From Candidatus Lustribacter sp. (GTDB taxonomy: Bacteria; Vulcanimicrobiota; Vulcanimicrobiia; Vulcanimicrobiales; Vulcanimicrobiaceae), in the NCBI GenBank assembly GCA_965277805.1, contig OZ255842.1, positions 2,848,001-2,912,000 of the forward strand: a stretch of DNA of 64,000 bases. The letters run 5' to 3'. The position numbers and the translations under genes are program-made. Each line of letters starts with the position of its first letter. The first letter of the stretch is position 1. Under the pieces are notes generated by a model. It was not told the DNA's origin and searched no databases. It was given only the letters and a program-made list of their open reading frames with translations. Positions 58,787-64,000 of the stretch are shown piece after piece.

Positions 58787-60721
58787 ATGGTTTCCCTTCA
58801 ACGCGCGCGTGCGCTTCTGGCGCCGTGCGTCCTGGGCGTTGCGCTGTTCGGCGCGCCGTCACTTGGCACGGCCCAAACAACTCCCGCCCCCGCCCCGTCT
58901 GCATCGGAGTTGCCCGAGATCGGCACCGTTACGACGAGCGACCGGCACAACGAACCAATTGCGAACACGACACATCCCACGTTCGTCGTCGATCGCAAAA
59001 CGATCGAAGCGAACGGCTATCGCACGGTCGGCGAAGCGCTGGCGAACGTGCCGGGTGTCAACGTGTTCTCCTACGGACCGTTCGGCGCAGCGAACAACTA
59101 CGGGATTCGCGGTACGACGTCGGCGCAAACGCTCGTTCTGCAAGACGGCATGCCGATCGCAACCGGTTCCAACGGCACGGTCGATCTCGGTTCGCTCGCG
59201 ACGATCGGCGTGCAGCGCATCGAGGTCGTGGAAAGCGGCAGCTCGACGCTCTACGGCAGCGGCGCGACGGGCGGCGTGATCAACATCATCACGTCGGTCG
59301 AAGCGCAGCCCTACGCGCGCTATTCCGACGGCACCTACGGCAATCAGGACATCGCCGCGCAAGCCGGCATCGGCGGCCTCGCCGTTTCGTTCGAACGTCA
59401 CACCGCGACGAACATCTACGATTATCCGGCGTTCAACTATCCCGGCGGCAACGCAACGCCGGCCGGCACGCGCGTCAACGCCGGCGGTCAGCAAACCGTC
59501 GCGCGCGTGTCTTACTTCGCGCAGCTCGGCGGGGGCTGGACGGCCCATCTCGCCGCGGGCGACAACGGCATCGATGCCGGCGTTCCCGGCGGGCTGTCGT
59601 TCCTGACGCCGGCCGCAGAGCAAGGCACGAACCGCACCGATGGCCTGCTCGACATCGCGCATACCGCGGGGCCGACGACGTTCGACGTCACGCTGTCCAG
59701 CGTCGTGCAGAAGCTGAGATACTTCGATACGCTCGCCGACCTCACCGGCGGCGGCCCGGGCTTCGGCGAACAGAACACGTTCGATGCGCGCTCGCAGGTG
59801 TCGCTGCGCTATGCGACGTCGGGTGCCAACACCGATCTCGTTACCGGCGTCGATCTCGCGCGCGAGACCGCGCTGCTCACGTTCCCGCCCTCGATGCCGC
59901 CGCAAGGCGCGATCGGCGCAGCCCAATCGCAAGCAGCGCTCTACGCGCAGGGCGGCTATAACGCCGGCTCCGCCGTTCGGCTGATCTTCGGCCTGCGCGG
60001 TGAGAACGACGGGCCTGCCGGGAGCGTGCTCGCCCCGTCGTTCGGCACGCGCGTGCAACTCGGCGCCGCCCAGCTCAGCGGAAACGTCAGCGAATCGTTC
60101 CGCGTCCCGACCTTGGTCGATCTCTACTATCCGGGATTCTCGAACCCGAACTTGCTGCCCGAGAAGCTCTCGAATTTCGATACGACCCTCGCCTTTCCGC
60201 ACATCCTCGGCGGCATCTCGGCGGGTTACTTCGGCCGTGACGGCTCGAACCTGATCGTGCTCGACCCGGCGACGTTTCTTCCGTTCAACGCCTCGCGCAT
60301 CTCGGTGAACGGTTTGCAGTTCACGATTGCAGCACCGCCCATCGCCGGTCTGCGCGTTTCGGCCAGCGTGACCAACGTGTATCGCGCGATCGACACGACC
60401 ACCGGCGTGCGTCTCGCAAGCACGCCGCCGATCGTCGCAACGCTCGGCATCGAGCACCCGTTCGATGCGGGCCCATTCGCCTTCGGCGCGCACCTGCGCA
60501 TCGTCGGCTCATCACCGGACGTCCCCAACTTCAGCGGCGGCCCGTCACTCGCCGACCCCTACGACAGCTACACCACAGCCGACGCATTTCTGCGCTACCG
60601 CATCACCAAATCCGCCATCATCTCGGCACGCGTCCTAAACCTCACCAACCAATACTACGCACCAATCTTCGGCTACCCCGCCCCCGCCCGCACCCTGCAA
60701 CTAGAACTAGCCACCCGCTAA
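58787..60721 (+). CDS. btuB: TonB-dependent receptor, BtuB-like
   Basis: Plug-domain motifs NVPGV, IRG, VLQDG, RIEVVESGSSTLYGSGATGGVINIIT; FRVPTL.DLY; downstream of the riboswitch. Confidence 0.9.
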   Translation: MVSLQRARALLAPCVLGVALFGAPSLGTAQTTPAPAPSASELPEIGTVTTSDRHNEPIANTTHPTFVVDRKTIEANGYRTVGEALANVPGVNVFSYGPFGAANNYGIRGTTSAQTLVLQDGMPIATGSNGTVDLGSLATIGVQRIEVVESGSSTLYGSGATGGVINIITSVEAQPYARYSDGTYGNQDIAAQAGIGGLAVSFERHTATNIYDYPAFNYPGGNATPAGTRVNAGGQQTVARVSYFAQLGGGWTAHLAAGDNGIDAGVPGGLSFLTPAAEQGTNRTDGLLDIAHTAGPTTFDVTLSSVVQKLRYFDTLADLTGGGPGFGEQNTFDARSQVSLRYATSGANTDLVTGVDLARETALLTFPPSMPPQGAIGAAQSQAALYAQGGYNAGSAVRLIFGLRGENDGPAGSVLAPSFGTRVQLGAAQLSGNVSESFRVPTLVDLYYPGFSNPNLLPEKLSNFDTTLAFPHILGGISAGYFGRDGSNLIVLDPATFLPFNASRISVNGLQFTIAAPPIAGLRVSASVTNVYRAIDTTTGVRLASTPPIVATLGIEHPFDAGPFAFGAHLRIVGSSPDVPNFSGGPSLADPYDSYTTADAFLRYRITKSAIISARVLNLTNQYYAPIFGYPAPARTLQLELATR

Positions 60722-60735
60722 AACACCTCGCAGCA

Positions 60736-60943
60736 CTGTCATTCCGAGCGAAGTGCCGCAGGCACGTAGACGAGGAATGCGAGATCGTCGCGGCAATCAG
60801 CGTGCGACCGCGAAGGCGGGAGTAGTCGTTAATTCAAGTCCTTTTTTAAGCCACTGCTCGTGCCTTCGCGCTCGCACTCGATCGCTAAATTGGTGGCGCG
60901 TCCCTCGTCTGCGCACCTAAAGGTGCTCCGCTCGGGATGACAG
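60736..60943. repeat. Nested palindromic element: inverted pair of REP-like units enclosing a ~31-bp imperfect inverted repeat
   Basis: REP-like units at 60736-60777 (+) and 60901-60943 (-); inner arms at 60802-60832 and 60846-60877. Confidence 0.8.
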
Positions 60944-61721
60944 CTGGTGCCGTCCGGCGGCGGGGGAGGGCTACCATCGTGCCGTCTTCGGTGCGGCCGA
61001 CGGCGATTTCCGCGCCGTAGGCGCGCGTGAGGAGGTCGGCGCGGAAGACGGCGTCGATCGGGCCGTCGGCGAGGACCGTGCCGTCGCCGACGAGCACGAT
61101 GCGATCGACCGATGCTACGGCGAGATTCAGATCGTGCAGCACGACGGCGATCGCAGCGCCGTCGGCGACGAGCCCGCGCAGGATGTCGAGCGTCGCATAC
61201 GCGCCGCCTAAATCGAGATGGCTCGTCGGCTCGTCGAAGAGCAGCGTGGGCGTCTGCTGCGCGAGCGCAGTGGCGATCCACACGCGCTGACGTTCGCCGC
61301 TCGAGAGCGTATCGAGCAAACGTTCCGCGAACGGTACGAGGCCGACGCGCTCGAGCGCCGTTTCCACGATTGCCTCATCTTCCGGCGGCCCACTCCATTG
61401 CCACCACGCACGATGCGCGAGCCGGCCCATGGCCACCGCATCTCGCACCGTGACGTCGCCGTCGGCGTGTTCTTCCGCCGCAACGAGCGCTACGCGGCGC
61501 GCGCGTTCGGCCGGTGAGAGCCCGTGCACGAGCGTGCCGTCCACCGCCACGCTGCCCTGCATCGGCGCGAGCGATCCGGCCAGCGCGCGCAGCAGCGTCG
61601 ATTTTCCCGATCCGTTCGGCCCGACGATCGCCACCAATTCGTGCGGACGCAACGTCAGGTCGACGCGGTGCAACACGATCCGGCCATCGTACCCGAGCAC
61701 GAGCCCGCGCGCGTCGATCAT
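60885..61721 (-). CDS. btuD: Cobalamin/iron-complex ABC transporter ATP-binding protein
   Basis: GPNGSGKS, LSSGERQRV, DEPTSHLD, LHDLNLA. Confidence 0.9.
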   Translation of the reverse strand: MIDARGLVLGYDGRIVLHRVDLTLRPHELVAIVGPNGSGKSTLLRALAGSLAPMQGSVAVDGTLVHGLSPAERARRVALVAAEEHADGDVTVRDAVAMGRLAHRAWWQWSGPPEDEAIVETALERVGLVPFAERLLDTLSSGERQRVWIATALAQQTPTLLFDEPTSHLDLGGAYATLDILRGLVADGAAIAVVLHDLNLAVASVDRIVLVGDGTVLADGPIDAVFRADLLTRAYGAEIAVGRTEDGTMVALPRRRTAPAVIPSGAPLGAQTRDAPPI

Positions 61722-62716
61722 GCGGCGCGCCGGCGCCGAAACGCGATGAATAGAAACACCGGCACGCCGATCAATGACAGCAGCACCCCGATCGGCAATT
61801 CGATCGGCGGAGCGGCCGAGCGTGCGAGAGTATCGGCCAGCACGACGATCGCGGCGCCGGCCGGAATGCTCGCGGGCACGGTCCAGCGCATATCCGATCC
61901 GCAGATCGCGCGCGCGAGATGCGGTACGATCAGCCCGACGAAGCCGATCACGCCGCTGACGCTCACCGCCGCGGCAACGAGCAGCGACGACGCGATCAGC
62001 GCGAGCCAGCGCGTGCGTGAGAGATCGACGCCGAGCGCCACGGCGCGCGCATCGCCCAACCGGATCGCGTTGAGCGCCGGCACTACCGCTGCCGCGAACG
62101 CGAAGCCGAGCGCGGCGTACGCCGCCGCCCAACCGAAATCGGTCCAACCGTGACCGGTGAGCGAGCCGCCGAGCCAGGCGAGGATGCTCAGCGACACGCT
62201 CGCGCTCGGCGAGAGCATGATGACGAGCGTCGTCATGCCCGCAAACAGCGACGTGACCGCGATACCGGCCAAAATCAATCGTTCGGGCGACACCCCGCGT
62301 CCGCGGCGCGCGAGCGCGGCCACACCGACGGTCGTTGCAAGTGCCGCCGCAAATGCAATGCCGGCGTAGAACGGCGAGGGAACGCCCAGAGCGATCGCGA
62401 TCGCGATGGTGAACGCGGCGCCCGCGCTGCCGCCGGTGAGATACGGGTCGACCAAGCCGTTGCGCAACATGCTTTGCAGCAGGCTTCCGCTCACGCCGAG
62501 CGCGGCGCCGACGAGCATCGCGATCGTGACCCGCGGCAAACGCAGTGCCCAGACGATTGCGCCGGCGTCTCCGCCGGCATGCGGGTGCGCGAGCGCGCCG
62601 AGCACGCTCGAAAGCGGCAGGTTGACCGAACCGATCGTCACGCCGGCCGCGACGGCAACGAGCAAGAACACGATCAGCGCCGCGAGGCTGATGCTGCGAC
62701 GCAGCGTCAGGGTCAT
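61718..62716 (-). CDS. btuC: Cobalamin/iron-complex ABC transporter permease (FecCD family)
   Basis: LRLPR, RNGLVDPY, GVIGFVGLIVPH, ELPIG; alternative GTG at 62746. Confidence 0.9.
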   Translation of the reverse strand: MTLTLRRSISLAALIVFLLVAVAAGVTIGSVNLPLSSVLGALAHPHAGGDAGAIVWALRLPRVTIAMLVGAALGVSGSLLQSMLRNGLVDPYLTGGSAGAAFTIAIAIALGVPSPFYAGIAFAAALATTVGVAALARRGRGVSPERLILAGIAVTSLFAGMTTLVIMLSPSASVSLSILAWLGGSLTGHGWTDFGWAAAYAALGFAFAAAVVPALNAIRLGDARAVALGVDLSRTRWLALIASSLLVAAAVSVSGVIGFVGLIVPHLARAICGSDMRWTVPASIPAGAAIVVLADTLARSAAPPIELPIGVLLSLIGVPVFLFIAFRRRRAA

Positions 62717-62758
62717 CGAACGGCCCTTCAGCGATGCCGCGTTCACTCCTCGCCGCGC

Positions 62759-62797
62759 AAAAACAAACGCGCCCCGCAGACGAATCTGCGAGGCGCG
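62759..62797 (-). terminator. Intrinsic terminator after the porin gene
   Basis: Minus strand CGCGCCTCGCAGA-TTCG-TCTGCGGGGCGCG followed by TTTGTTTTT. Confidence 0.8.
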
Positions 62798-62829
62798 CTT
62801 GACGACGTATCGTTTACGTCAGTCCGGGT

Positions 62830-64000
62830 TTACGGCCACTTGACGATGGCTTCGACACCAAACTGGGCATTCGAGTAGTACTTGTTCCCGCCGATGCCGA
62901 CGAAGAACGGTTGGCTCGTCTTGTCGCCGCGGACTTCACCGCGGAGAATGACGTTGTTGTTCGGAGCGTACTGGATTGTCGCCGTAGCTTCACCCCAGCG
63001 CATCGATTCGCCGGTACGAAGACCGCCGTAGTCGCCGAAGCCCTCGCCGCGTAGCGTGGCGCTCCATTGGCTGTTGATCGTGTAGTTGACGTAACCCGCG
63101 AGACCATCCCACGTGCCCGTACCGTAACCGATGATCGCGGTGCCGGGACCGTTGAGGATGTTCGAGTTCGTCTGTTGACCGGCATCGCCGTTGAGGACGA
63201 ACTTCAGGTTCGGGAGCGCATTCCACGTCAACACGACGTCGATGAGGCTCTTGTTCGGACGCGCCGGTGAGACCACATAGAGTCCCGGCGTGGCCATGGC
63301 ATACGCTTCTTCGACTTGGCCGGTGTAACCGTCGACCGTCGCCGAGAAGGCTTTGCTCGGATTCCAGATCGCGCCGCCCTCGATCGTCAACGAGTTGGAG
63401 TCGTTGGCTTCGGGAGCACCGCCGAAGTTATTGAACGGGGGCGGGAAGTTGTTCTGCGGCGCGTTCAACGCCCAGACCGTGTCCCAGCCCTTGTTGACGC
63501 CGGCCACGAACGAGAGGTTCCCGTTCATCGCCCAGGTCAGACGGCCGCCGGTGTGCGTGAACGGCACCGCGTAACCGAAGAGAATCGAGCGCGAGAAGTT
63601 GAGATCGCTCGGGCTCTCGATGACTTCGGCGCCGGCCAGCGTTTCGAATCGGCCGACGATACCGGTGAATTGACCGCTGCTCAATTGCAGGTAGGCCTGC
63701 GTGAGATCGATCGAGGGACCCGACAAGACCGTTCCCGTGCCGTTGAGGCTCGGAGCACCGTCGAGTTGGCTCTTGGGCCACGAGTTCGTGACGTTGGCGT
63801 CATCGCCGAAGATCGCCTCAACCTTACCGCCGATGGGACCGTTGTAGGCGACTTGAAGGTTGAAGTTGTGGAACTGGATTTGCTGATTGAGATCGTCGAA
63901 GACGCGCCCGGAGATGAACGAGCCGCCGGGGGATCCCACCGCGCTCGCAATTGAGGCCGAGGTGTAACCCGCGTCAGCGTATCCGCTAACCTGGAGCAAA
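62830..64000 (-). CDS. Outer-membrane beta-barrel porin (BBP2/OmpL-like), 5'-partial
   Basis: QAYLQ, GRFETLAGAEVIES..NFSRS.LF..AVPFTHTG; alternating beta-strand pattern. Confidence 0.85.
   Translation of the reverse strand, partial: LLQVSGYADAGYTSASIASAVGSPGGSFISGRVFDDLNQQIQFHNFNLQVAYNGPIGGKVEAIFGDDANVTNSWPKSQLDGAPSLNGTGTVLSGPSIDLTQAYLQLSSGQFTGIVGRFETLAGAEVIESPSDLNFSRSILFGYAVPFTHTGGRLTWAMNGNLSFVAGVNKGWDTVWALNAPQNNFPPPFNNFGGAPEANDSNSLTIEGGAIWNPSKAFSATVDGYTGQVEEAYAMATPGLYVVSPARPNKSLIDVVLTWNALPNLKFVLNGDAGQQTNSNILNGPGTAIIGYGTGTWDGLAGYVNYTINSQWSATLRGEGFGDYGGLRTGESMRWGEATATIQYAPNNNVILRGEVRGDKTSQPFFVGIGGNKYYSNAQFGVEAIVKWP

Overview
High-GC, very compact bacterial chromosome segment from a diderm organism (it encodes a TonB-dependent receptor and a beta-barrel porin). 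Gene content and style suggest Vulcanimicrobiota/Eremiobacterota (WPS-2); this is inference only. Core content: sua5/tsaC (partial), fabH, mntP, tRNA-Ser(UGA), amtB, an orphan flagellin, suhB, an MgtE-like CBS protein with an NRAMP-related transporter, a PucR-glnA-like-PNP-class A beta-lactamase run, fumC, a complete nuoA-N operon, hflX, and a cobalamin-riboswitch B12 uptake locus (btuF/B/C/D). Aromatic-catabolism and redox genes and signalling genes (PAS-GAF-PP2C-HATPase, MASE4-GGDEF) are scattered through the window. About 4.8-7.7 kb, next to the tRNA 3' end, looks like a decayed island with receiver, BTAD and possibly serine-recombinase remnants. The most unusual signals are: a 208-bp nested palindrome (REPIN-like) between btuB and btuD, flanked by C-rich/G-poor gene ends; three small secreted OB-fold-like proteins, two with 11-bp-period direct-repeat boxes, next to a subtilase whose lipoprotein signal lacks a canonical start codon; a structured amtB leader; a GS-like enzyme with active-site substitutions; a flagellin almost devoid of basic residues; and a recurring sigma28-like motif. 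No CRISPR array, intact transposase or recognisable defence system was seen. All calls come from manual motif reading; no searches were run.
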